Of a stretch of DNA of 64,000 nt, positions 39,165 through 53,947 are shown one piece after another. Numbering within the stretch: the first letter of the stretch is position 1; each line of letters begins with the position of its first letter. A model generated the notes under the pieces. That model saw only the letters and a list, made by a program, of their open reading frames with translations, ran no database searches and had not been told where the DNA came from. The position numbers and the translations under genes were made by a program. The DNA is from Octopus vulgaris (taxonomy: Eukaryota). The stretch covers positions 183,148,001 through 183,212,000 of the forward strand of contig OX597814.1 in assembly GCA_951406725.2 (NCBI GenBank), in the 5' to 3' direction.

Positions 39165-39372
39165 CTTTCTACTAAACGCACAAGGCCTAAAATTTGTTGG
39201 GGAGGGGGGTAAGTCAATTTCATCGATCCCAATACTTGATTGGTACTTAAGTTATCAACCCTGAAAGGATGAAAGACAAATTCAACCTCGGCGGAATTTG
39301 AACCCAAAACGTATCGACATAAGAAATGTCACTAAGCATTCTGTCCAGTGTGCTAACGATTCTGCCAGCCTC
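39165..39372 (-). mobile_element. SINE family B variant
   Basis: Minus strand aggctggcagaatcgttagcac..gggttcaaattccgccgaggttgaatttgtctttcatcctttc. Confidence 0.8.
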
Positions 39373-39437
39373 TAATAATAATAACAATAATAATAACAAC
39401 AATAATAATAATAATAATGATAACAATAATAATAATA

Positions 39438-39487
<50 letters not shown>

Positions 39488-39488
39488 A

Positions 39489-39576
<88 letters not shown>

Positions 39577-39587
39577 TAATAATAATA

Positions 39588-40090
39588 AGGCCAGACATTA
39601 CATTGAAGTACGTCAGACAAAAATCATGCCTCCTCATTGATATGACTGTCCCAATCGATATAAACGTGTCTGTCAAGACCTACCAAAAACTGAGCCAGTA
39701 TAAAGATCTTGAAATAGAAATTGGCAAAATGTGGAACCTCAAAACTAAAGCAATACCTGTTGTCATAGGTGCCCTAGGAATTATAGCAAAAGGGGCTGAT
39801 TGGTATCTAACTCAGGTACCAGGAAACCTCAAAATGGCAGAAATTCAAAAGATAGTGCCCATGGGAGCTGCCTGTATCCTACGTTAAAAACTGTCTATGT
39901 AATATCAAATTTTAAAACACTTATAATTTTCCTATGTTTTCTTAAACATTCTCTAGACCAATACTTTGTACAAAACCAAACATGTGGCACCCTAGGCATA
40001 ACACCAACTTGAACGCCTAACTTGTCTCTTGAGGTCTCTGGATTAGACTTGGAGTCAACTTGTACAAATACAAAACATATAATAAAATAA
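39588..40090 (+). mobile_element. R4/Dong-clade 3' fragment: restriction-like endonuclease + 3' UTR, flanked by (TAA)n
   Basis: RPDITL..CLLIDMTVPID..KLSQYKDLEIEI.KMW..IPVVIGALG..ILR* is the PD..D..K..Y..L RLE domain. Confidence 0.85.
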
Positions 40091-40135
40091 TGATAATAAT
40101 AATAATAATAATAGTAATAATAATAATAATAATAA

Positions 40136-40243
<108 letters not shown>

Positions 40244-40489
40244 AGTAACCATCAGAGCATCACAACAAATCACAGCACATATCCAAGGCACACAGAGCTG
40301 CGCTCGGTAGTGAAATGAAAGCACGTTATAAAAATAAAACTACTGAATGATAATAATAATAATGATAATAATTTTTCATTTTAGATTCAGAACTACATTG
40401 AAAAATATTCTATCGGACATGAAAGATGTCCGAATTCAAATTCTACAAAGCATTTTGTCCGGCACTCCAGAAATTCTCTCGTTGTCCAC

Positions 40490-40733
<244 letters not shown>

Positions 40734-41320
40734 ATGTTTCCTAACATTTGTCAGATAATCGCCATGAATGTAACATAATGTCATATTTACCATCGAGGAT
40801 AAAAAGCGATACACACATGCTTCTAAGTTTTCATATACGTGTTTTTTTTTTTTTTTTTTGAACACCGGAATGTTTTTAGGAAGATATGCAAACAAATACG
40901 GAATCGTGCTAACCATGTATGACGATACCAAACCAGCCGTGACTGCATGCGAGTCGTATAAAAATGTATACACCCTCCCCCACCCATGAAAAATGCACAC
41001 GTCAGCAAAAAGCAAAGAAAGAAGGAAAAACAAAAGCAAAATATAAACACCTCAGAATTAAAAAAAAAAAAATATTGGAAAATTCCTCAGAATGATAGAA
41101 AAACAAGAAAGAAGAGAATTCGTGTCCCACGGGGGTCCAGAAAAGCTTTAAAATGAACTCTGTATATATGTATATGAGTGAGTGCACATACATACAGAAA
41201 TACACACACACACACACACACACATACAGACACACACACATACGCATCCATACACACGCGTGGGCATATTAATATACAACCATCTGTATCCATACTGTAC
41301 ATTGCTAAATATTTATGCAA

Positions 41321-41426
<106 letters not shown>

Positions 41427-41515
41427 GTATATATGTATATATATATGTATGTATATATATGTATATATGTGTATATGTATATATATACATACATATATAC
41501 AAATCGTATATACAT

Positions 41516-41561
<46 letters not shown>

Positions 41562-41565
41562 TATA

Positions 41566-41631
<66 letters not shown>

Positions 41632-42234
41632 CATACACACATACGGACAAACAAATATGGTCACGCACATACATATTATCACACCGTCATAAATGTTAAA
41701 CATCTATACATAAATGTGTGTGTGTGTGTGTGTGTATGAGGAGTTTTGCGCATATATGTATTTTCCGTGGGAGTACAAAATATTTCTGCAGATCTTTTGA
41801 TAACGATACTATAGTTTTGGGCGAGCAAAAGGAAAAAAGAACTGAGACAGTAGGCTCTAAGATTCTTTGCATCACCACCACCACCACCACCACCACTACC
41901 ACCACCACATACACCAGCACTCAACCATCTTCACATCATTCTCGCCCCTCCAGATAGTAAAACTATTCAGAGTTTTGTAAATATATTATAAAAGTTATGA
42001 CGGGCAATCTCGAATTCTTTTGGTGTTTTTACACGATCTCAGTTCAGTCCACCTGGGACGCCCTAAAATAGTCCATCTGTTATTGTTATTGAGTTGAGCT
42101 TGCGGACTTAGCTGAAACAGTAGATTACCCAGTTGTATTATGCTTAAGTCAGTTTCCTTCGATTTTGCGTTCAAATTCAATCTGAGATAACATTTTGCTT
42201 AATTTTTGTCTGGAGTTGACTCAATCGGACAAAA

Positions 42235-42390
42235 CACTTAGCGGTTCGGCAAAAAGAGACCGATAGAATAAGTACTGGGCTTACAAAGAATAAGTCCCGG
42301 GGTTGATTTGCTCGACTAAAGGCGGTGCTCCAGCATGGCCGCAGTCAAATGACTGAAACAAGTAAAAGAGTAAAAGAGTAAAAGAGTAAA
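42235..42390 (+). mobile_element. SINE family A, 3' part
   Basis: cttagcggttcggc..ggcggtgctccagcatggccgcagtcaaatgactgaaac(aagtaaaagag)n. Confidence 0.9.
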
Positions 42391-42766
42391 CATCACATAA
42401 TTTAATCTAATTCCTTGTTTCTCTCTCTCTCTCAACCGAACTACTCGTAACCATGTAACAGAACCGTTTAAAGAGTATATAGAAAGCAGCACAAATTTGC
42501 ATAAAAGAAACAAATAGATGCTCCATACTGTGGGCCATTTTCAATGGCGTCAAATGTGTCATACTCAAGTATTTTGTGATGCATTTATGTCTCACACACA
42601 CACGTGTGCATGCGTGTATCTGATGAATCTCCGTCAGTCTATGATGAGGATAACCTAAATTCTCAGGAAAAATCAGCATGATAATGTGGTTCTCATCACA
42701 TCCGAGTATGCTCGGGCGTATTGAGTGTAACTTTGCTCGAATATATGATGGCTATCTACTCATGAA

Positions 42767-43147
42767 GTGGAGGCGCAATGGCCCAGTGGTTAGGGCAGCG
42801 GACTCGCGGACATAGGATCGCGGTTTCGATTCCCAGACCGGGCGTTGTGAGTGTTTATTGAGCGAAAACACCTAAAGCTCCACGAGGCTCCGGCAGGGGA
42901 TGGTGGTGATCCCTGCTGTACTCTTTCACCACAACTTTCTCTCACTCTTACTTCCTGTTTCTGTTGTACCTGTATTTCAAAGGGCCAGCCTTGTCACACT
43001 CTGTGTCACGCTGAATATCCCCGAGAACTACGTTAAGGGTACACGTGTCTGTGGAGTGCTCAGCCACTTACACGTTAATTTCACGAGCAGGCTGTTCCGT
43101 TGATTCGGATCAACCGGAACCCTCGTCTTCGTAACCGACGGAGTGCT
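42767..43147 (+). mobile_element. tRNA-derived SINE family C
   Basis: gtggaggcgcaatggcccagtggttagggcagcggactcg..ggtttcgattcccagaccggg tRNA-like head; body shared with 54517. Confidence 0.85.
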
Positions 43148-44579
43148 TCCAGTATCCAGTATCTACTCATGACCATCACTAACCATTGCCCATGCAAAAT
43201 TTCGGCAATGTCCATGCGTAAATTTGCTCCATCTACAATCGGCTTCACTCAGGTTCTCGCCCGCGGTTTCCATACTCACCACGACGCTCTCCTACACGCC
43301 CGGGCATCGGAGTATCACCTTGGTGATGATTTCGCTATCTAAAACTAGGCTCGTACAACACAACACAGGCCCTCTTCCCCCTATCAACATGATCCAAAGA
43401 CGAATACATCTCCATATACTTTTGATTTCATTTTCACTTCCAGATAACCAAGCTTTAATCATAGGCTTTCTATTATCTGCGAGACTGGTGTTTCTTTAAC
43501 TTACGTTTCCTTTTAAAATAATAAATAATAAATTTAGATGTTTCGTGTTGTGAATATCTAATGTAAAATTATTTAAAAATACATTTTAAGATTATGTAAC
43601 TACCATATCTTCTTTGCAGGAGCGTGTAAAATTCCATACTCAAATGTGGTTGGTAACCTTGTGCACAGAAGCATGCACAAAACACTCGACCATGTGCAAT
43701 TTAAAGATTTAATTCCCAATATAATTTCTTCGATTTAAATTTATTGATTAGAATTAAATTTAAGTTTAAAATATTTTTTTACATAATTTATGTTTTGATC
43801 TAAATTTGAAAGAAGAATTGAATTTTGACACTTTAGGAGACAAAAAAATCTAATACAGCTTTATAGTATTCATTATAAAAAACCGTTCAGTATAGGGTTT
43901 TTCGAATAGCATACCACATACTTAAATTCAAATCCATTATTCTCCGGGTCGCGTTACCCCAATAATCCAAATTTGATTGTTGTAGGTCGTATCTTCTTGT
44001 TAATCGTGAGAGTAGGCACACACCAAACACAGAGACACACAGACAGACAGACACACGCATACACACACGCGCGTGCGAGCGCGCACACAGACGTAATGCG
44101 AATTTGTATAGGATAATAATCCTAAGTAATGAAATAGTGATTGATGTATAGTTTCGTTAACAAGCGTTTGAGGATATACGTTCTGGAGAGGAGGAGGAGG
44201 AGAGAGAGAGAGACAGAGCAAGAGAGAGTGAGTGAGAGGGAGAGAGAAAAAGTGAGCGAATGAGAGAGAGTGTGTGTAAGAGTTATATAAAAAGGGAGGG
44301 GGAAGTAATGGAGAAAATAGAGAACCGCATAGAAAGAACGAATTAATAATTAAGCAGCCTTCCAGACAAAGCGTAGACACCAAAAAATACGAAGATAAAA
44401 TATTAGTAAGAGTGATATTATCAATAGATATAAACGATTAGAAGATAAAGATCGTAAGCGAAAAGCAACTCTCCCTCTCTCTCTTCCTTCCTATGTATAT
44501 ATATGTATATATATATATATACATACATACATACACATACACATACACACACACACATTTATATATATATATGTATATC

Positions 44580-44667
44580 AAAATAAGCAACAAGGATATC
44601 AATAGGTAATGCAGTACGATCGTTTCATGCGACTGCATTACCTCTGGATATCCTTGTTGCTTATTTT
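44580..44667. repeat. Fold-back hairpin next to (TA)n with a hammerhead half-core in the loop
   Basis: Stems of 21 bp (44580-44600/44647-44667) and 12 bp (44604-44615/44632-44643); the minus-strand loop reads cgcat GAAA cgatcg TA. Confidence 0.85.
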
Positions 44668-44770
44668 CATTGTAATCACCCCATTTTGAATTATATGGAT
44701 AATATCATACTAAATTATGGTGCCTTTAACTTAAGTACCATATTCAACTGAATCTAAATTTTACTGAAAT

Positions 44771-44836
<66 letters not shown>

Positions 44837-44837
44837 G

Positions 44838-44896
<59 letters not shown>

Positions 44897-44948
44897 CATA
44901 CATACATATATATCCATGCATATGTACAGATATACACATCTATATCAT

Positions 44949-44980
44949 ACTGGCAGTCGTACCCAGCTTCGTCCAGGATT
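44949..44980 (-). mobile_element. Possible Helitron 3' terminus (hairpin + CTRR-like end)
   Basis: Minus strand cctggacgaagctgggtacgactgccagta resembles a GC hairpin ~10 nt before a CTAG-like end; degenerate. Confidence 0.35.
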
Positions 44981-45239
44981 ATTGATACCCTAAAAAATAT
45001 ATACTATTACATAAACCTCCTGCATTTTCAATAAATAGCTTTAAACAGATACTAAAATACGCCTGTGGCTTTCGTGATGTCGAATCACTCTAGACAGTTC
45101 AATCCAAGTTGGGTTGATTTCAGATGCATTAAACTGCGCAAAAAAGACTAGTATTGTAGAACCAAAGAAAGAAATATATGTATATATAGGTACATGCGTA
45201 CACAGACATGTAAACGCGTACACACACACACACACACAA

Positions 45240-45353
<114 letters not shown>

Positions 45354-45461
45354 AATATATATATACATATACATATGAGTAAATGTAAGGCCAAGCAAAT
45401 TACTGCTCTACCTGCTCAAGTTTAAATATCTTGAGCACTACAAATTGTATTCTATACGGAG

Positions 45462-45590
<129 letters not shown>

Positions 45591-45677
45591 AAATAAGGAT
45601 AAGATCGTTAATTTAAATATCAATCTCATCAAGTGGCCAGCGTGGGAATAAAAACATTCAAAGGTAATAATAATTAT

Positions 45678-45807
45678 TAAAATTATAATTTAGGGTATGT
45701 AAAAGATACCACCACGCTGTAAATAACAGCCAGTGGTTTTAGAGTCAACTTTTGGCTGCAATTTTCAGCGTGGTGGTATCTTTTACATACCCTAAATTAT
45801 AATTTTA
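45678..45807. repeat. Perfect 42-bp inverted repeat abutting (TA)n
   Basis: 45678-45719 is the exact reverse complement of 45766-45807; inner cagcca/tggctg stem. Confidence 0.95.
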
Positions 45808-46643
45808 TATATATATATGTATGTATGTATTTAAAAATACATCTACTCTATGTACATTATCTACATATATTCATATAAGCACATGTGTATTTATCTATTG
45901 TTATTAATGATATTATATTAGTGTTATTAGATGCTGAATTTCCTTTAACCATAATTAAGTTTCACTTTATCGGTTATCCAAAAGATTGAAGCAAGAAAAG
46001 TATCCACTTCGAAATGTCATTCGTCATAGAGACTTTGCTACTGAAAAAACATTCAAAAAGGTGTCACACAGTCACCTAATCAATAGTAATATGCGCAACA
46101 CATATTTACTCGCAACTGCACTTGATATTTTCGGCAGCCAATGAAAGTATGGTAACGAATAATATCTCAATGTGTATGCCAAAAAATTTGTTTGTATATA
46201 CTGTTTCACTGCTTCTTACCTCAATTGTCTGAATATGACAGAATATGAAACCTGGAGTTAGGATTCAAAGGGGTTCAGATTCTCATGGAGTATTGACACT
46301 CTAGTTTGTATATTGAGTACATGATTCATTGTCTATAGCTATAAATGTTCACCGATCAAGACTATAAACTGCTGGATATTAACAAACTGAAATATGGACT
46401 AGCAGTTTGTGAAGACTAAATTCTAAAAAATTAACTCACTATTTATAGCATCGAGTAATCTTACACTCTTATGTAGACTTACTTTTATACATTTATCATA
46501 TACATTTACCATATCCTGTTCAAAGGCACTATTGCAGGAAATATGGCTAAGTCCTCAAAGTCATTGCTGAAGATGCAAATCAAAAGTGATCAGAGACAAC
46601 AGAAACGTACATGCGACATCCAGGATGATAGTTGTTAAAGAGG

Positions 46644-47065
46644 AATATCGGCAACGGAGAAAGATTCAAGAGCTGCTCTGATAATTTGTTTTCTTCAGCA
46701 TATGACTGAGTGATGAAATATAACCTTGAGTTGAAATTTCCAAAACATCATCCGGTTTTCATTGTGAGGAAATAAGGTTTTTTTCTTTTTGAGGCTGCAA
46801 GGCAACCTATTTTATTAGAGTTAATCATGGTCTGGGTTGCTTCACATGTCAGGCCGGTGATCCTGAGCTCGTCCAAATATCGGCAACGGAGAAAGATTCA
46901 AGAGCTGCTCTGATAATTTGTTTTCTTCAGCATATGACTGAGTGATGAAATATAACCTTGAGTTGAAATTTCCAAAACATCATCCGGTTTTCATTGTGAG
47001 GAAATAATTTTTTTCTTTTTGAGGCTCCTTGGTCTGGGCTGCTTCACATGTCAGGCCGGTGATCC
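46644..47065. repeat. Tandem duplication of ~200-230 bp
   Basis: aatatcggcaacggagaaag..tttttgaggct at 46644 and 46876; tggtctggg.tgcttcacatgtcaggccggtgatcc at 46828 and 47030. Confidence 0.9.
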
Positions 47066-47465
47066 AGTCAATGCTCCGCTTTGTCGTGTCGTGTCAAATT
47101 TCAGGGTTCCTTCCGCAGTGTGTGTCCGATCCCTTTCCATTTCCCCTGTCTAATCTGAACATGTATGGGATCCTGGTAGGCCCTTTCCCACAGGTCGGTG
47201 TTTGGCACTCTGTAGAACCACTTCAGATGGAGGATCTGCCGGAGACATTTGTTGATGAATGTTTGGATCTTCTTGTAGTTGCTGCAGGTGGCGCTCCATG
47301 TTTCAGAGCCATACAAAAGCACAGATTTTACGTTTGAACTAAATAAGCGGAGTTTAATTCGAGTTGAGATGGCCAAGAAACACGCCAATGACCGCAAAAA
47401 GTGGAAAACAACTGTTGAGGCCCTATGCTCCACAAAGGGGCAAAAATGATTAAGAAGAAGAAGAA
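47062..47465. mobile_element. RTE-clade LINE 3' fragment with internal inversion
   Basis: Minus strand ~47365-47062 reads TRIKLRLFSSNVKSVLLYGSETW..IQTFINKCLRQIL..WKGIGHTLRK; plus strand ~47365-47465 reads ANDRKKWKTTVEALCST followed by an (AAG)n tail. Confidence 0.8.
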
Positions 47466-47858
47466 TGCTCTGGGAGTGAGAAAATATGAAGAAATGGTGG
47501 AGAACTGTTCCGGAAACGAGTAAAGAACTTGGTGCATAAAAACAGAGATGCGCCCGCGAGGGTTCGCAGGTTGTTCACTTGGTAAGGTCTATGGAATTCT
47601 GGGCTTTACAGGAGTCACCAAAAGTCGAGACATAAAGAAAAGAGTAAAATATTACAGCGTGGATGTTGCAGAAAAGGTCTCTTGATGTCGCTGGTTAAAA
47701 AGAGGAGACTGACATGATTTGTAGAAAGCCGTGACCGAAGGTCGACCGTCCTCAGTCGGGTTGTCTCATTGAAGGCACATGTTGCAAATCGCAACACAAC
47801 ATCAATGATAAAATTATCCTAGTATTCTACGATTGCATTCTTAGATCTATGAACAATA

Positions 47859-47917
<59 letters not shown>

Positions 47918-48099
47918 GCACATATATATATAGACACGCATGTATGTATGTATGTATGTATGTATGTATGTATGTATGTATGTATGTATGTATGTATGTA
48001 TGTATGTATGTGTGTGTGTGTTTGTATGTATGCGTGGCGTGTGTGTGTACAAAATATCTGTGTATGTCTCTCTCTCTCTCGCTATATATATAAATATTC

Positions 48100-48162
<63 letters not shown>

Positions 48163-48241
48163 GGTATACAAATACACGTGCACACAATTATATATGAAGT
48201 GGTAGAGTCAGATGTTTGTGAGGAAGAGAGACACTGAAAAG

Positions 48242-48304
<63 letters not shown>

Positions 48305-48864
48305 GAAGAGGGGAACGTTCAGGAACAGTGATAAAGTAAAGAGTGATGTATGAATTAGGAAATACATAAAACATACGAGTGTCAATAGAAGGCAAACAAA
48401 CCAAAACAAGAAAAATATATACAAAAAAAAAACATTTAAAATTGATAACGAAAAAAAAAAAATAAATAAAAACATACACATGAACGAAAGCGTAGAAATG
48501 AAGGTATATAACAGAGAAAAAGAAGTAGATGAAAGCAGCTGACACAAGTATTTCATCTGCTCGGAATCCGTGATTTCATTGTTTATTCGGTTGTCTGACT
48601 AAAGGTCACAATCAGTTTGCCGGTTGTTGTGTGTGATGTTGAATCCAAGCCAAAACTCGTCTAGTAAAATAGCAATACCGATTCTGGTGAAACTTTTTTT
48701 TATGGTAGAGTTGGCGCTGCGCTACGGAATGGTATGAAATTATTATCAAAGTCCGGGAAAAGAAAAAAAACCCAAACAAACGTTAGGTGGTTATTGGTAG
48801 GAATGAACTTACTTTTAAATTATATATATATAAGGCTGGCCTATATATATATATATATATAACA

Positions 48865-49178
48865 AAAAGGCATACAGCAAATACCCTGCGAGAATCAAGT
48901 CTGTTGGTATCGAGGAGCACATATTCAACTCCATTCCGGTACATGTCAGAAATATCAGGATGCAGTGTGGAATATTCAAATTAACTGGATAGATATACAT
49001 TAGACATGAACCCCATCTCCCAGGATATACACAACGAGCACAAACTGACTCAAACTCGCTCCTACACATGTCAAATTTAAGCAGATAATACAACCTGGCA
49101 ACCACACCAGACTCTGAGGGTGGAGTCTTCGACTTGGCCTGAGCATGGACTCAAACCCAAATGAAATGAAATGAAATG

Positions 49179-49180
<2 letters not shown>
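48865..49180 (+). mobile_element. CR1/L2-group LINE 3' end with (AAATG)n tail
   Basis: Frameshifted TLRESSL, IFNSIPVHVRNI, HEPHLPGYTQRAQTDSNSLLHM, homologous to the C-terminus at 5857-6060. Confidence 0.65.
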
Positions 49181-49224
<44 letters not shown>

Positions 49225-49228
<4 letters not shown>

Positions 49229-49328
49229 TATATAGAAGGAGCTATACAGGACTAGAACTGTTTCATTCAAGAGAAATCTTCAGGAAGCAGGAAGTTCTAG
49301 TCTGTAGAAGCTCCTATCTATCCAATAA
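49225..49328 (-). repeat. Fold-back element next to (TA)n enclosing a hammerhead-like core
   Basis: Stems aggagct/agctcct, tacag/ctgta and gactagaact/agttctagtc; the minus-strand loop has CTGAAGA tttc tctt gaat GAAA. Confidence 0.7.
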
Positions 49329-49391
49329 TTCCACTCCACTATGTATTGAGTACCTTATTTACTGTGGTTAACCCCGAATCAACCTGGGACC

Positions 49392-49445
<54 letters not shown>

Positions 49446-49588
49446 CACACACACACACACACATATATTTATACATACATATATATATATACATATACAT
49501 ATATACATATATGTGTGTATGTGTGTATGTATGTATGTATGTATGTATGTATGTATGTATGTATGTATGTTTTATATATATATTTATG

Positions 49589-49631
<43 letters not shown>

Positions 49632-50033
49632 TAAATATTAGGGAATAAATCCAAATTTACAGGGATAAAATATCAGATTTAGGATTAGAATCCAATTTTA
49701 TAGTAAAATATGTATAAAATATTATTAGAGACAAAACCACTATTTTAATAAAAACAATAAGACTTAATCAATACATAAAATTTTAATAAATAGTCAATAA
49801 GAGATAAGTATAGAACATACACGTTTATATATTTTATATATCTATCTATCTATCTGTATATCTATCTATCTATCTATACAATATCCATCCACGTATGTAT
49901 TAAAGAATAAATAAAAAATGTTCTATGAAAGGGAAATACCTTGTCAACCTCCAGTGTTGGGTGCTCATACTTTCTGTTAGCAAAGTGTGAGTTTGTGTAC
50001 GCGCACATGTATGTACACTCACACACACACATG

Positions 50034-50098
<65 letters not shown>

Positions 50099-50329
50099 GT
50101 ACGTATATATATATATATATATGTATATATAACTCCAAGAAAGTTAGGGCTTGTGAATCCAACTCACTAAGGGATAATATCTATCCAATATACTCCTGGT
50201 AGAATACCCAATTATTATGCTATATGTATGTTTGTTATTATAATTATCAGTTTAATAAATAAATAAGTTAAGATAATTTAATGTCCAAAAGTTGATGAAC
50301 CACCTATTGTTCTCCTCCATTTTCTTATT

Positions 50330-50376
<47 letters not shown>

Positions 50377-51022
50377 CATAATATCAATCAATGAATCTAT
50401 ACACGCACACATACACTAACACGCACACATTAGTCAAGATCGCAAGACCGAAACATACCGTAGTTTGGAAAGAGACAATATCTTTATACACACAAACACA
50501 CGCATACACGCACACATACACTAACACGCACACACACACACACATACGGTCATAGACAAACGCACGCACACACACACACGCACTCACAGGTGCACACACA
50601 AACACACGCTCACACGCATATGCGTATATAATGGAAAAAAAGCAAAGTTAAATTGGTGAAAAGAAACCAGAAAAGCTATATACGTATACATAGCATAACA
50701 AGAAAAAAGAGAAAAAAACCCCCAGAAAATAGAAAAATAGGGGGTAGCAATAACATTATTATATTTAAACGGAAAGATGTTTGGACAAATTGATTAGTGA
50801 CTTTTCGCTGAATTAGCTGTCAGTTTGCTACGTACTCCTGTGTAAATAATTTTTCAGTGGGTTAGAAGGGTCAAGCAGAAGTAATCGTCTTGATATGAGA
50901 TGTGTCTTTTACCGATATTACCTGGAGACGCCATATTTTCGTGTGTGTATATATTATAAACACAGGCGCGCTTTTAGCCACACACAATCACATACACACA
51001 CACACACACATGTAAGGATACA

Positions 51023-51087
<65 letters not shown>

Positions 51088-51100
51088 GTCTTTCTTTCTT

Positions 51101-51193
<93 letters not shown>

Positions 51194-51200
51194 ATTTCTT

Positions 51201-51317
<117 letters not shown>

Positions 51318-51462
51318 TTATCTGTCTGTCTATCAGTATGTCCGTCCGCCTGTCCGTCTCTCTGTAAATCTGTTCACCTACCAGCCCGTCTGTTTGTCAG
51401 TCTGCCTATCTATCTATCTATCTTATTTGCAAAAAAAAAAAAAAAAAAAAAAGAAGTATAAA

Positions 51463-51796
51463 ATGTGACTTCATTGACCGAGGTTACCGTGGTCTTTTCC
51501 GTAGGCTTTTCTTTCCACGGGTAAACCTCACCTGTCCTCCCCTTTACACTTCATATTGACATTTCTGTGATAACGATCCCTATTGATCAATTTTTTTTTT
51601 TTTTTTTTTTTTTTCCTCTCCCCCTTTTTTTTAACCCCCTTTTTTTTGTCCTCTTTCTCTCCTTTTACGATCCCTTTTGATCGAAACTCCCCCTTCCTTT
51701 TTTTTTTTTTTTTTTTTTTTTAAACCTTCAAAAGAAAAGCTCTACCTTGTAATTTGTTCTATCTGTGTGCAGCCCTGTGTGGCTAATAAAGAAACA

Positions 51797-51829
<33 letters not shown>

Positions 51830-51992
51830 CCCTTTTACGATCCCTTTTGATCGAAAACCTACACCACCTTTTTTTTTTTTTGTTTTTGTTTCTTTTGTAT
51901 TTTATTTTTTATTTTTTTCATCCCCAAAAAGAAAAGCTCTACCTTGTAACTTGTCCCATCTGTGTGCAGCCCTGTGTGGCCAATAAAGAAAC

Positions 51993-52080
<88 letters not shown>
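51463..52080 (+). mobile_element. Two tandem LINE-like 3' ends, each ending in (TATC)n
   Basis: Copies end at ~51797 and ~51992 with aataaagaaac + (tatc)n; same family as 35943. Confidence 0.75.
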
Positions 52081-52082
<2 letters not shown>

Positions 52083-52083
52083 A

Positions 52084-52144
<61 letters not shown>

Positions 52145-52239
52145 TTGCCTGTCTGTCTGCCTGTCTGTCTGTCTATGTTTGTATCTATCTATCGATGTAT
52201 CTGTCTATCTGTCTATACACAGACACACATACTCATGCC

Positions 52240-52650
52240 TGTGTAGTTGAGAAATTCGCTTTGCAACCGTGTAGTTTCAAGTTCAGTTCCACTGCGCATC
52301 GTCTTGTGCAAGTGTCATCCATTTCTGACGGGGTCCGACAATGTCTTGTGAGTGAATTTGGTAGAGGTTGTGTGGAAGCTCGTTCTCTTTATGTGTGTGT
52401 GTGTGTGTGTGGTGTGTTTGTGTGAGTGTGCGTGCAGTGTGCGTGTGTGTGGGTGTGCACGCCTGCATGTGTGTTTCTCACCGTCCAACGATCACTTTTG
52501 GTTCCTTTATATCTCTGTTACTTGGCGTTTCATCAAGAAGTATTGATGGAAAAGTTACCTGACTCAATTATCAGAATATTATCACCTTCAAAACCCTTCA
52601 AGACTGCCATGGCATAGACACAGTCGAATGCTTAAAGTAAGTATGTAAAA
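52240..52650 (+). mobile_element. Degenerate SINE family A
   Basis: agttcagttccactgcg..gcaagtgtc..ttgtgagtgaatttggtaga. Confidence 0.6.
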
Positions 52651-53615
52651 CAAAAGAAGAATAAAAGAATGCGTAGGCATATACACCAATACACAATACA
52701 TTTACGTACGAACCTGTCTACTTCTATAAATATGTATGTATATCAGTGAAGTATCACAAATTGAAGAGGGCAACGAAATAACGAGTTAACGAACAACGTG
52801 AAAAGTTACAGAAATTCGAAAAGTTATGGATAAATGTAAACACACAAAAAATAGCAATAAATGTTGTGCACGTGTTGTACACCGGAAAAAAATGGAAAGG
52901 AAAATATGTATACAGATGTTTCAGATGAAAATTTTATTAAACTAGAGTAAAAAGCGAGTTAAAAAAATTAGGAAAAAAGCGATACCTACTCTGAAGCACG
53001 TGGGCATTTTTCTGTCACGTGAACAGGCACACGCATACATTCATTCATTCAAAAACAGCTTGACCTCCTGCTGCCCAAGGTCGTAGATGAACCTACGGCA
53101 AGAAATTCGGCAATCATGGTAAGAAACTCGAAAGAGGGCAGCTATGTCGAACTCCTTCCTTCATCAAAAGCATATCTCATAAGAATAGCCATTTAAAAGG
53201 TGATAATACTGGCGGTGAAACGCATAAAAGAACACATGCATACAGAAAAACATACATACATACATACATACATACATACAAAAACATACAAAGATGCACA
53301 CATACTTCTGATCGTGTAAGACCTCTTCCTAAGCTCAATAAGTCCGTTCTGAGAGTCCAAGAAGTTCCTGTACGTAAATTTGTTTTTTAGTGGATAAAGT
53401 TACACAGCACTGAACCCACTTTTCAAGGCATCAGTGGAAAAACAAGGATTTAGATGACCAAAAACTGACTGCAAATCATGTTTTCTTTCTTTCTTTGCAT
53501 TTTTGGAGAAAGTTCTAAGAGAACTGGAGGGGGTGGGCATTCGCACATACATACATACATGCATACATACATGCATACATACATACATACGTACATGCAT
53601 ACATACATACATACA

Positions 53616-53649
<34 letters not shown>

Positions 53650-53853
53650 CATACATACATACATGCATACATACATACATACATACATACATAATCTTGC
53701 TCTCGTCAACGCCATTCGACGCAAAATGATTCGAAATATTTTTGTGACCCTTAATATGCCTTATCTGACTGTTTGCGACCTTGTTCTCTTCCAAGACTCC
53801 CCTAAATACAAATTATGTACTTGAAACTAGCGAAGAAAGATGCTCAAGTTTCA

Positions 53854-53947
<94 letters not shown>

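Noticed and set aside
42767-42845. Possible tRNA gene
   Set aside because: It is a tRNA-like head continuing into a SINE body shared with 54517, with no proper acceptor stem or terminator.
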